Origin: an uncultured Gemmatimonadales bacterium
Lineage (GTDB): Bacteria; Gemmatimonadota; Gemmatimonadetes; Gemmatimonadales; GWC2-71-9
Direction of reading: 5' to 3'
NCBI GenBank assembly: GCA_963844035.1
Contig: CAWJMT010000031.1
Span: 64,001-128,000 of the forward strand
DNA: 64,000 bases
How positions within the stretch are numbered: position 1 is the stretch's first letter; each line of letters opens with the position of its first letter. Of the stretch, positions 30,814 through 41,164 are shown in pieces. A program made the position numbers and the translations under genes. The notes below the pieces were generated by a model. That model did no database searches, was not told where the DNA came from, and saw only the letters and a program-made list of their open reading frames with translations.

Positions 30814-31220
30814 CGAGCAGGGGTCGGCGCCGTCCTTCAACACATCTCCCAGCACCCGCACCAACGCCGCCAGCGTAAACGGCTTGACCAGCACCGGAGT
30901 CGCCGGTGAGGCCGGCACCCGGGCCAGGACCACCGGATCCGTGTACCCCGACATGTAAATCACCTCTGGATGGAGCCCGCGGACGGCCAGGCGCTTGATC
31001 AACCCTGGGCCGTCCAGCTCCGGCATGACCACGTCGGTGAGAACCAGGTCGATTCGCTGCGGGCAGGTGTCGACCACCGCGAGCGCCTCCAGACCGTTTT
31101 CCGCGGTCAGCACGGAAAAGCCGATACTGAGAAGCAAGCGCGCGATTGCGGGCCGTAACGTATCGTCGTCCTCCACGACGAGGATCAATCTCGCCGTGTC
31201 CCGGAAGGACCGGGGACACG
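30810..31220 (-). CDS. Stand-alone response regulator receiver (ends approximate; probable frameshifts)
   Basis: ILVVEDD, LVLTDVVMP, YMSGY and KPFT; the upstream PGHGE segment is in an adjacent frame. Confidence 0.75.
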
Positions 31221-31387
31221 GGGGCGCCCCCCTCTGGCGGTGTCGTCGGTCGGGGCCTATGGTCTGTCAACAGGGGACCTCCCAGCGATGATGCTGCGTT
31301 GTTGTAAGGGCTTCTAGCTGGGACACTAGCGAGCACGCCGCAAGCGATGCCAATACCGATTAGCTGGGGTTCCCATGCGCGACGCGC

Positions 31388-33315
31388 ATGGCAGAAAATG
31401 GAGCGTCCGTCTCGGTGGACTTGCGGGATCTGCAGTATTTCGTCGCGGTTGCGATCACGGGGAACTTGAGTCGCGCGGCCCGCGAAGCGCGCGTCGCACA
31501 GCCGGCGCTCTCCCGTCACGTCCGACGGCTCGAGCGCGAGTTGGGCGTCACCCTGCTCACCCGCCATCCCAAAGGCGTCACGCTGACTCCCGCCGGCGCG
31601 TCGTTCGCGCAGGGAGCCCAGGAGTTGCTGCACGGCGCGGCGGCATCGCTCGACCGTGCCGCCGCGACGGCCGCAGGGCACCGCGGCAGGGTGGTCCTGA
31701 GCGCCACGCTGGCGGCGATCGCGCGCGGGTTCCCCACGGCGGTGCAGGACTCGCTGCGCCAGGATCATCCCGAAATCACCGTCGCCATCCAGGACTTCGA
31801 CCCGCCGGACTCGTGGGAAACGGTCGCGGATGGAAGAGCGGACATCGCGGTCTGCCTGGAGCATGGGCGCGCTACGCCGGGCTCATCGCCGAGCCGCTCT
31901 GGGTCGAGACGCTGGATCGCGCCATCGTGCCCCGTGACCATCCCCTGGCGACTCGCGGCACCGTGTCGCTCCCCGAATTCGGAACCCTGCCCTTCATTTT
32001 CGCCCGCAGCACCATCAATCCCGGGACGTTCGATCGCGGGGCCGACGCGATGCGCAACGCCGGAATGCAGTCCCCCGTGGTGGCGCTCGAGGGCGATCTG
32101 CGCGCCGTCCATCTCGCGGTCGCCGCCGGCCGCGGCTGGACGTTGATGTCGCGCGCACGCGCCAGCGCGCCACCCGAAGGAACCGCCGTGTTGACGGTCG
32201 AAGGCTTCCACCTGGCTGCAACGCATGATGGTGGAGTGGCGCCGGGGTGAACGGCGTCCCGTGGTCCACACGGTGTTGCGCGGATGCTCGAGGTGGCCGG
32301 CAGCTATCCCGAAACGCAGGTGCGCGCGACCCCGGCCCTGCCCCCGCCGTCTCGCGCCCACCCGCCCGCGCCGCCCGCCGGGCACGGTGCCGCCTGGCGT
32401 GGACCTGCGGCACCTGCGCGCGCTCTTGACCGTCGGCGCCGCGCAAACCATCGGGCGCGCGGCGGCGCATCTCGGCCTTACTCAGCCCGCCCTCTCGCGT
32501 CAGCTGCGCGAGATGGAGCATGCGCTCGGCTTCACCCTGCTCGAACGCTCGGCGCGCGGCGTGGCGCTGACGCCCGCGGGAATCTCCCTCACCAGCGACA
32601 TCCCGGTGTTGCTCGCCGCGGGGGAGCGCCTGCAGCGCGAAGCGACGCGCGCCAGGCGCGGCAACGAGGGACAGTGCGTCATCGGCGCGGTGGCGACCGC
32701 GGCGTCGAGCGAGCTGCTGGCGCGCGTCACCGCCCAGTGCGCTGCCACGCCACCCCGCCGTCACGCTGGTCATCCAGGAAATGACCACGCCCGCTCAGTG
32801 GGCCGCGCTCACCCGCGCCGAGATCGATCTGGGGCTCGCCAACGCGCTCCCCACCGCGCGACGCACGCCGGCCGGTGCCATCGTCGCCACGCGCGTCCAC
32901 CACGATCGACTCGATACGGCGCTGTTGGCGCGGGACCACCCGCTCGCGGGGCGCCGCCGGATCGACGCGCGCGAGCTGGCGGACGTGCCCTTCCTGTTCA
33001 TGGACCGCGCGTTCCATCCGGCGTTCTACGATCGGCTCTATGCCGCGTTTGCCGCGTTGGGGCTGCGGCCGCGCGTCGATTCGACCTATGACGGGCTGCA
33101 AACCGTCTGGGCCCTCGCGGCGCAGGGCCAGGGATGGGCGGTCGGCTTCCACTCCCAGCTCGCTCGCCCCCCGGCCGGGACCGTGGCGGTCCGGATCGCG
33201 AAGTTCAGCCTGCCCTTTGGACTCGACCTGTTGTCACGGCGGGGGGAGACCAGCCCGACGGTGCGCGCGGTGACCGCCGTATTTCGGAAGCTCGGGCGGA
33301 AGGCGACGACGCTAG
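31388..33315 (+). CDS. Tandem double LysR-type transcriptional regulator (several frameshifts)
   Basis: Two LysR HTHs (DLRDLQYF..QPALSRHVRRLE and DLRHLRAL..QPALSRQLREME), each followed by a substrate-binding domain; no stop or restart at the junction. Confidence 0.75.
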
Positions 33316-33331
33316 CTACATTCCTCCACCT

Positions 33332-33626
33332 ATGCGCCCACTCACGGAATGGTCCGATGCCTCGCGTCGTCACCACGGCGTGGGGCTGGGTCGCCTGCAT
33401 CCTCGTGATCGCGTTCCTCACGCCCACCGGACGGTTTCTGCTCCGCCTGAACGCGATGCTGCGGGAGTCGGGAAACGCACAGGTCGATCTGCCGATCGCC
33501 GCCCTGCGCGTGTGGTTCGTGCTCACGCCGCTGTGCGCGTTCGTGCCCCCATTTGTGCTGCTGTTTGTCTGGTGGCGGACGCAGAAGTCGAAGCCGCCAG
33601 GCGGAAGGCCTTCGGCAGCGCGCTGA
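33332..33626 (+). CDS. Small two-TM membrane protein
   Basis: Two hydrophobic helices; start at 33332 (with frameshift) or 33357. Confidence 0.5.
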
Positions 33627-33653
33627 GCGGTTTGAAGGGGGGGGCCGGGCCGG

Positions 33654-34655
33654 GTGCTGCTGCTCATCAAGAATCTGATCTTCACCATACTCGTCCCGGG
33701 TACGGTCGCGGGATTCCTCCCCTACCTCATCTCGGCGCGGGCGACTCCGTCCATGCTCGCGGTACCTGGTCGGTTGTGGCTGGGCGGGCTCCTGGCGCTG
33801 GCCGGCGGGGCGGTGTATGGCTGGTGCCTGTGGGACTTCGCGACCCATGGCCGAGGCACTCCGGCGCCGATCGATCCACCGAAAGAGCTGGTAGTCCGGG
33901 GCCTGTACCGCACCATGCGGAATCCGATGTACGTGGGCGTGCTGCTCATCATCGCAGCCTGGCTCGCGCTGCGGCCGTCGTGGGCCTTACTCGGGTACGC
34001 CGCAACCGTGGGGCTGCTGTTCCATGGGTTCGTGATCGCCGTGGAGGAGCCGATGCTGCGGCGGCGGTTTGGCGCGGCGTACGACACGTATTGCCGCAAG
34101 GTGCGGCGCTGGTGGCCGGGGCGGCCGCGGCACCTGTCGCGCCGCGAGCGCGCCGCCCGCGAATTCGGGCTCCCCGCGTGGGCCCAGGTCGGCCGGAGGC
34201 GGCGGGAGCACATCGAGCGCGTCGTGGCGCTGCTCGAAGAGTGGGCCGACGACATGGACGTATCGGACCGCGAGCGCGACCGCTGGGTCAAGGCGGCGTG
34301 GCTGCACGATGCGTTGCGCGACGCGCGTCTTCAGGGCGCCGCGCACGGCGAGGCTGCGGCCGACCGGGCTGCCAAGGACGGCGAAACCGACCGCGGTGTG
34401 CTCGATGCGGTCCGCTACCACAGCTCGGGCTACGCCGGCTGGGACGATGTGGGCAAGATGCTCTACCTGGCCGACTACCTCGAGCCCGGTCGTAATGACA
34501 ACCGCAAGGAGCGCGCGAGCCTCGCCACGCGCGTGCCGCGGCAGCGCGACCGGGTGTTGCGGAAGATCGTGGCGTACGAAATCCGCTGGCGGGTGCGCGC
34601 CGGCCGCCCGGTTAATCCCCACCTGATCGCCTTCTGGAACGCGCTCGCCGGCTGA
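33654..34655 (+). CDS. ICMT/PEMT-like membrane methyltransferase fused to YqeK-like HD hydrolase
   Basis: N-half GTPAPIDPP..LVVRGLY...RNPMYVG..EE..L...FG..Y..Y; C-half WLHDA, HG, RYH and YLADYLEPGR. Confidence 0.75.
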   Translation: MLLLIKNLIFTILVPGTVAGFLPYLISARATPSMLAVPGRLWLGGLLALAGGAVYGWCLWDFATHGRGTPAPIDPPKELVVRGLYRTMRNPMYVGVLLIIAAWLALRPSWALLGYAATVGLLFHGFVIAVEEPMLRRRFGAAYDTYCRKVRRWWPGRPRHLSRRERAAREFGLPAWAQVGRRRREHIERVVALLEEWADDMDVSDRERDRWVKAAWLHDALRDARLQGAAHGEAAADRAAKDGETDRGVLDAVRYHSSGYAGWDDVGKMLYLADYLEPGRNDNRKERASLATRVPRQRDRVLRKIVAYEIRWRVRAGRPVNPHLIAFWNALAG

Positions 34656-34700
34656 ACGGTCATCCCAGTCATCACTTCCTGCTCAAGTTCGAATAGGATG

Positions 34701-34745
34701 AAAACGCGACCGCGTCGCCGGGCCGAACACCCAGACGACGCGGTC
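34701..34745 (-). terminator. Intrinsic terminator
   Basis: GACCGCGTCG...CGACGCGGTC stem (34708-17/34736-45) followed by GCGTTTT on the minus strand. Confidence 0.65.
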
Positions 34746-34818
34746 ACTTGTCCAGCGCGAGCCCGGCACGATCGTCTGCCGGCTCTTACCTGTGGCGCAA
34801 ATCGCGATTCGGTACCGG

Positions 34819-34881
34819 TCAGCTACCGATCAGGCGATCGCTTGCCCATGCCAGGTCGCGCGGGGATCTGTGGCTAGACAA
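34819..34881 (-). CDS. Putative 20-aa small ORF (MSSHRSPRDLAWASDRLIGS) on a short transcript
   Basis: TTG start immediately after AAGGAGGTGATCCA; flanked by a promoter and a terminator. Confidence 0.45.
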   Translation of the reverse strand: MSSHRSPRDLAWASDRLIGS

Positions 34882-34929
34882 TGGATCACCTCCTTGGTTG
34901 ATGTGGTGGTTGGGGCGGAGAACTCGCCT

Positions 34930-34958
34930 ATAGTAGAACCGATCGCTCGCCGATGCAA
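34930..34958 (-). promoter_or_regulatory. Sigma70-type promoter
   Basis: TTGCAT (34958-53), 17-bp spacer, TACTAT (34935-30) on the minus strand. Confidence 0.65.
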
Positions 34959-35002
34959 CGGGCGTGCTGGCGCGGTTCTATCTGTGACGTAGGATTCCCC
35001 TC

Positions 35003-35401
35003 ATGGCGAACGATCCCACGGTGCGAATTGAACAAACGCCCGACTGCCTGCTCGTGTCCGCCCGCGGAACCATGAGCGTGGCCTGGTTCATCGCTCTGGT
35101 CGGCCGGATCGCGCAGGTGGTACGCGACACTCCCACAAAGAGCGCCCTGATAGACGTGCGCGAGGTGGTGGGATCGCTGTCCGACATGGACCGCTACGAC
35201 ATCGGCGTGGGCGCCGCGTCGTTCGGGATCAGAGTGCCGGTCGGGATCGTGGGAACGGAGCCCCTGATCGAACCCGATCACCTCGGCGAGGTGGTCGCCC
35301 GCAACCGCGGCATGAACGTGCGCGCCTTCACGGATTACGACGCGGCGTCCAGGTGGCTCCATGAGGAGCGAGCGCACGCGTCCTCGCGCGAACCCGCCTA
35401 G
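35003..35401 (+). CDS. Hypothetical protein (STAS/SpoIIAA-like alpha/beta fold)
   Basis: ALIDVR, VARNRGMNVRAFTD..AA.RWL pattern. Confidence 0.65.
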   Translation: MANDPTVRIEQTPDCLLVSARGTMSVAWFIALVGRIAQVVRDTPTKSALIDVREVVGSLSDMDRYDIGVGAASFGIRVPVGIVGTEPLIEPDHLGEVVARNRGMNVRAFTDYDAASRWLHEERAHASSREPA

Positions 35402-36066
35402 GGCGCGACGACGATCGTGGCGTGCTTGACGTAGTCGAGCTTGGGAAAGTCCTTCGTCAGATAGGCGTTCCCCTCACTCTGGATGCGGCCCTGATCGGGG
35501 CCGCGCCCGCGCGGCGCGCCCTCGCCGTAGTCGGCATACAGCTTGTCCACGACCTCCATCCCCTCGATCACCTTGCCGAACGGCGCGAAGCCCATGCCGT
35601 CGAGCGAGCTGTTGTCGCCGTAGTTGATGAACACCTGGGTCGTGCGGGTATTGGGGCCCGCCGTGGCGAAGCTCACCATGCCGCGGGTGTTGCTCTGCCG
35701 TACGGGATCGTCGAGGATGTTTCGGGAGCGCCAGGTGGCCGCGACCTTGGGATCGCCGTGAATGCCGAACTGCGCCATGAAGCCCGCCAGCACCCGGAAG
35801 AACCGCTGGCCGTCATAGTAGCCGCTCGACACCAGCTCGTGGAACCGATCCGCACCCTGCGGAGCCCAGGCGCGTGTCACCTCGATCACGAAGGTGCCCG
35901 CGCTCGTTTCGAAGCGGGCGCGATACGTCGGCGGGCCCCCGTAGGTCGCGGCGGTGCTCGAGGGATCGGCGGTCGCGGCCGCGGCCGTGGCGGGCCGCTC
36001 CCGGCTGCAGGAGGCGAGCAGGGCGAGGGCGATCAGCGAAGCGGGGTTCCAGAGACGTGTGCGCAT
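35398..36066 (-). CDS. Cyclophilin-type peptidyl-prolyl isomerase, lipoprotein
   Basis: Lipobox LASC; FFRVLAGFMAQFG, NTRG, RTTQVFIN and FAPFGKV. Confidence 0.9.
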   Translation of the reverse strand: MRTRLWNPASLIALALLASCSRERPATAAAATADPSSTAATYGGPPTYRARFETSAGTFVIEVTRAWAPQGADRFHELVSSGYYDGQRFFRVLAGFMAQFGIHGDPKVAATWRSRNILDDPVRQSNTRGMVSFATAGPNTRTTQVFINYGDNSSLDGMGFAPFGKVIEGMEVVDKLYADYGEGAPRGRGPDQGRIQSEGNAYLTKDFPKLDYVKHATIVVAP

Positions 36067-36159
36067 CGGTCCGTCCGTCATGAAGTGGAGCAGAAACATA
36101 ACCGGGAATGGTGAGCCAGCGCACTGTGGACCGGCGGCGCACCCGGTTATTCTCCGCGG

Positions 36160-36645
36160 GTGGACAAGACCATGGAAAAACTTCGCGCCCTGCTCGCAGA
36201 CTTTTCCAAGCGCACCGCGAGCGCCCCCACCCCCTCTAAAACCGGCCAGCGCGCGGGCGATCGTAAGCGCCTTGCCTGCGCCGAATGCTTCCAGAACGTC
36301 GTGCGGCCCGTGCTGGAGAAGTTCATGGCCGAGCTCAAGGAAGCGGGCCACGACGCCTCGACCCGGGACAACACCGCCCGGGACGACGCCTATCCGAGCG
36401 TCGCCTTGTCGTTCACGCCCCGCGCCGGCGACGCCGAGCCGGCGCTCGCCTCCGCACTCCTGTTCAAGTACGATCCGCGGCGCGGGGTGCTGGTGCAGCG
36501 CGACGTCAAACCGTCACCCACCAAGGGACGAGCCGTGACCGCCACGAGCGACCGTCTCGGGACGATCGGCGTGGACGCCCTCTCGACCCAATGGGTCGAG
36601 ACCAAGACTCTGACGTTCGTCGAGGATGTCCTCAAGGTGAACTGA
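36160..36645 (+). CDS. Hypothetical protein
   Basis: Plausible codon usage; TATTCT -10 box 6 bp upstream of the GTG. Confidence 0.65.
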   Translation: MDKTMEKLRALLADFSKRTASAPTPSKTGQRAGDRKRLACAECFQNVVRPVLEKFMAELKEAGHDASTRDNTARDDAYPSVALSFTPRAGDAEPALASALLFKYDPRRGVLVQRDVKPSPTKGRAVTATSDRLGTIGVDALSTQWVETKTLTFVEDVLKVN

Positions 36646-37017
36646 TGAAGACACCGGTCGGTGTCGGTGGCCGCCGCGACCGTGAACTACTCGGGCAAGG
36701 ACGTCCCCGCCGGTGCCGGTCACCGCTACGTCCTCGTGGACTGCCGGATCGAAGCGCCGGTCGACAGCGTGGATTTCGAAGACTTCCAGCTCGTGCGCGA
36801 CCGCGCTGTCCTGGGATACGAGACCAACGTGGGCGACCACGAGGACGACGACTATTTCTATTGGTCCTACCTCGATGGGTCGGGTCGTCCCACCAGCACG
36901 GTTCCCATCGGCACCGGCCCAGTGGCGGCCCGGCTGGCGTTCAAGGTTCCGGTCGACGCGGCGCGCGGCTACCTGTTCTATTGGGGCCTCTACTGGGGCC
37001 CGTTCGACTTCCGCTAG
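36645..37017 (+). CDS. Hypothetical protein (DUF4352-like beta sandwich; probable 5' frameshift)
   Basis: TGATG overlap with the previous gene; GHRYVLVD..DFQL..RLAFKVP pattern. Confidence 0.55.
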
Positions 37018-37081
37018 TCTGGACAGCCCGCCACCGCCCTGCAGATTTGTCCGATCAACCTTCCACTGCCAGAGGTGTGCG

Positions 37082-37742
37082 ATGGCTCTCTCACTTGGCG
37101 ATATCGCCCCCGATTTCGAGGCCCAGACCACCGAGGGCCCGATGCGCTTCCACCAATGGATCGGCGACTCCTGGGCGGTGCTGTTCTCCCACCCCAAGGA
37201 CTTCACGCCCGTCTGCACCACCGAGCTCGGCTACATGGCGAAGCTCAAGCCGGAGTTCGACCGGCGGAACACGAAGATCATCGGCTTGAGCGTGGACGCC
37301 GTGGACAACCACAAGCGCTGGGCGCAGGACATCAAGGAGACGCAGGGGCACGCGCCGAACTATCCGATGATCGGCGACACGGACCTGAAGATCTCGAAAC
37401 TGTACGGCATGCTGCCGGCGACCCTCGAAGGAAGCTGCGAAGGGCGAACCCCGGCGGACAATCAGACGGTGCGCAACGTGTTCGTGATCGGCCCTGACAA
37501 GAAGATCAAGCTCATCTTTATTTACCCGATGACCACCGGCACGGAACTTCGACGAGGTGCTGCGGGTGATCGACTCGCTGCAGCTCACCGCCAAGCACAA
37601 GGTCTCGACGCCCGTCAACTGGAATCAGGGGGACGAGGTGATCATCGCGGGCTCGGTGTCCGACGACGACGCCAAGAAGATCTACCCGCAGGGGTGGAAG
37701 GCACCGCGGCCGTACATCCGCATCGTGCCCCAGCCCAAGTGA
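37082..37742 (+). CDS. 1-Cys peroxiredoxin (Prx6) (frameshift near 37540)
   Basis: FSHPKDFTPVCTTEL, YPMTTG(R)NFDEVLRVIDSLQL and TPVNW. Confidence 0.93.
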
Positions 37743-37767
37743 TTCAACTGGTTCACGGGAGGACCCG

Positions 37768-38176
37768 ATGCCCCCTCGCATGCGTAGGCTGCTCTCGACC
37801 TTGAGCGTGACGTGTCTGCTGCTGGCCGTGCTCCCGATCTACCGGGAATTGTCGCGGCCGGAGCGACATCTGGTGGACGCCATTCGCCATGCTGGTTCCG
37901 TTCACCGATGCCACGGATCGAGTGGAGGTCTACGTGCGCGGCGAGCCGCTGACGGCGCTGCTTCACGTCGGACGCCTGCGGCTCCTGGAGGACGGTAGGG
38001 CCAGCGTGGTGGCGGCGAGTGACGTCGGCGTGCGGTTCGACAATTCGGACCGGGTGAGGGCCGGACGCCTCCCCCTTCTGCTCGCATGCGCCGCAGTGGC
38101 CGGCGCAACCGCGCTCGCGTTGCTACTGGTACTGACGGGACGACTCGCCTACCGGGACGAGGCGACGCGCTCGTAG
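37768..38176 (+). CDS. Hypothetical membrane protein (frameshift near 37860)
   Basis: GGAGG RBS; N- and C-terminal TM segments in two frames. Confidence 0.55.
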
Positions 38177-41111
38177 GCGACCCGCGCACTGTCGAGCAGC
38201 GGCCGGAACTCCGGATCGCAGTCTTTCCACAGCTTGAGAAAGCGCTCGTAGTGCGTCGCCGCGGCGGGCGTATCGCCGAGCCGCTCGAATAGCTGGGCGC
38301 GCCGCAAGTGGGAGGGCGCGGCGTAGATCAGCGCGTACCCTGAGAACCCCTCGAATCCGCTGAACAGCGCGAGCGCCTGCCGCGCCTCCCCGTGGGCCGC
38401 TTCCAAACCGGCCCGGCGATAGCGTTCGCGCGACCCCGCCAGGAACGGAGACGAAAAGTGGTACTCGTACCACGTCTCGCCGACCGTCTGCCGCAGCGGG
38501 GCCAGCGCCAGTGCGGGCGCGCCCTGCACGATCGCCGCTTCGGCCCGGATCTCGAGCGCCAGGTCGCGGGGCAGCGTGGCCGCCGCGGATGGGCCGGTCT
38601 CGCGCGCCAGCGCGGCCGCATACCGCTCCGCCGCGACAAGATCTCCCAGGCGCGCGTTGACCAGCCCCAGCAGGTAGGGACGCAGCAGGTGATGGAACCC
38701 GTCGTGCGCGCTGAAATACACCGCGGAGTGGGCGCTGGGAGGGACGTCGGCGACGGTGAGCCGCTCGAGCGCCCGGCGCGCCTTCTCGAGCACCGGACGC
38801 GACGGCTCGAGGAACGGCGTCACCTCGAGCAGCGTGCCGTACTCGAGCGCACGTACCGAATCCTTCAGAGCCGCGCGCGCGAGCTCGCCCCGGGCCGTGG
38901 CCAGCTTCCCCTGCGCCAGGGCGAGGTACGCAAGCGTCACGTGCCCGGCCGCCTGTGCATCAACTGAGCGAGTCGGGTCGGTCAGGAGGCGGGCAACCGT
39001 CTGGGCTCCCTCCAGGTCACCGGCAAATACCGCCACGTCCCAGACCGGCAACGTGAGCGTCGCCTCGGACGCGTGCGGGAGCTCGGCCAGGACCTTCCGC
39101 TGTGCCTGCACATCGCCGCGCGCGAAGGCGCGCAGCACCCGCATCTCGAGCTCGCGATCGCTCGACGGGCTCAGCTTCTCGATCAGACCTACGATCGAGT
39201 CCAGGTCGGCGCCGCGGCCTTCCAGCGCCGCGATCCGCGCGAGGTGCACCAGGGAGCTGACGTACCCAGGATCGAAGTACAGCACCCGTTCGAACGGGCC
39301 GCGCGACTCCGCGATCGAGCGTCCCTGCTCCGGGCCGTAGTGAAACAGCACCTCACCGAGCTGACTCCACGCCTCGATGTCGTCCGGGTAAGTGCCGAGG
39401 ATCTGGCGGTACAGTCCTTCCGCCTCGGCGACCGCGCCGCGGCGCGTCGCCAGCAGCGCCCGCAACAGCAGGCGGTCGTGATCGGTAAGCCGGGCGCTAT
39501 GGCGCACCGCCTGCTCCGCGGTGCGCGCGATAAACGACCCCGAGAGCGTGGCCCACTCGGACGCGACGCTGAGGCGGTAATAGGCGAGCGCGAATACGGT
39601 ATCGAGGCTCACCGCCCGCTCGAACGCCGTGACCGCGGAGTCGGCCCGGCCGGCGCGGAACGCCGCTTCGCCGTCCAGATAGGCCTTGTACGCCGCGAGC
39701 GACGACGTCGTCACCGACGCGACCAGCGTGACCCGGCCCGTGGGACCGCGCGTGGTTCCGGCGAGCAGCTGCGTCGCCAGCGCATCCACCAGCGAGAACA
39801 CCTGTCCGCCGCTCCCGTCCACTGTGCCGCGCGCGAGCGGTACGGCGCGATGATCGCGATCGAACAGCGACGCGGTGATCTGCACGCGTCCAGCCGCCTC
39901 GACCACGTCGCCGAGCACGTACAGCCCGGCCCCGAGCCGCTCCGGCGACCTCGGCCGCGCTGGCCGGGTCGAGCAGCCCGGACCCGCGGCGTTGCACCAC
40001 GCTGAACACGGCATGCGGATCCACGGCGCGCAGCGCCCCCGCTCCGTCGAGACTGGTGCTCAACAGGCTCACCAGCCCTTCGCCCATGTACGTCACGTCG
40101 CCGCTGCCGCGCACCGCGAACGGCAGCACGGCCACGAGCGTCGGCGATCCGGCGCCGGGCGCGCGCCCGCGCCACTGCGTCCACCCGGCGACGAGCCCGC
40201 CCGCCACGAGCAGCGCCGCCACCGCCGTGCGCCAGCGGGGCGCGCCCCAAGCCCGCGGCGCCGCCGCCCCGCCGGTCGACGCGCCTTCGATCACGCGTTT
40301 CAGGTCGTCCGCCGACTGCCAGCGGTCCGCCGGGTCCTTTTCCAGACAGCGCATCACGCTCGACGCCAGCAGCGCCGGCACCTCGGGGCGGAGGCGCGCG
40401 ACCGACTCGGGACGATTCATCACCTGTGCCGCGAGCACCCGCTGCACGCCCCCGCTGAACGGGGGCCGGCCGCCGAGCATCTCGTAGGCCAGGACGCCCG
40501 CGGCGTAGACATCGGAGCGATGATCGACGGTGGGGTCACCGGACGCCTGCTCCGGCGCCATGTACGCGGGTGTCCCGAGCGCGATCCCAGCGGAGGTGAG
40601 GTTCCCTTCCCCTGTCGCCTGCGTCAGTGCTTTGGCCACCCCGAAGTCCAGCACCAGCGCGTGATCATCGACGAGCAACACGTTCTCCGGCTTGATGTCG
40701 CGATGCACGACGCCCCGCCGGTGCGCGTACGACAGCGCATCCAGCACGTCGCGCAGCACGCGCATCGCATCGGGGACTTTCAGCTGGCCGTCGCGGGAGA
40801 GCCGCGCGCGCAGCGTTTCGCCGTCGATGAACGGCATCGTGTAGTACAGCAGGCCGTCCGCTTCGCCGGCCGTCAGCAGCGGCACGATGTGGGGGTGCTG
40901 TAGCGACGCCGCGAGCTGCACTTCGCGGCGGAACCGCTCAACGCTCAGTGCGGCGGCGAGATCGGGCGGCAGCACCTTGACCGCCACGCGCCGCTCGAGC
41001 CCGCGCTCGAGCGCGACAAACACGCGGCTCATCCCGCCCCCGCCCAGCTCCCGCTCGACCGTGTAACGGTCGCCCAGATGCTGTCTGCAAGCGCTGGAGG
41101 AGATCGGTCAT
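38149..41111 (-). CDS. Ser/Thr protein kinase with TM, TolB-like segment and TPR repeats (frameshifts near 41078, 41035, 39945)
   Basis: ERELG.GGM, VAVK, HRDIKPEN, DFG, GTPAYMAPE, TM helix, VAVLPF and TPR-rich C-terminus. Confidence 0.9.
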
Positions 41112-41164
41112 GGAGGGAGATAAGATACTGCGGACGCGAGACGTCAGACATCAGACATCTCCTA

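Noticed and set aside
32781..33626. LysR substrate-binding domain fused to a membrane domain
   Set aside because: The LysR domain ends near 33310 with a TAG in an adjacent frame, and the membrane ORF has its own -10 box and start. This is probably an indel read-through.
34882..34895. TGGATCACCTCCTT as a 16S rRNA gene fragment
   Set aside because: Only the 14-nt terminus matches and the flanks are not rRNA-like. It is better read as an extended SD on the minus strand.
25100..38200. Accessory stretch as a prophage or integrative element
   Set aside because: I found no integrase, transposase, phage genes, tRNA target or flanking direct repeats; there is only heterogeneous gene content.
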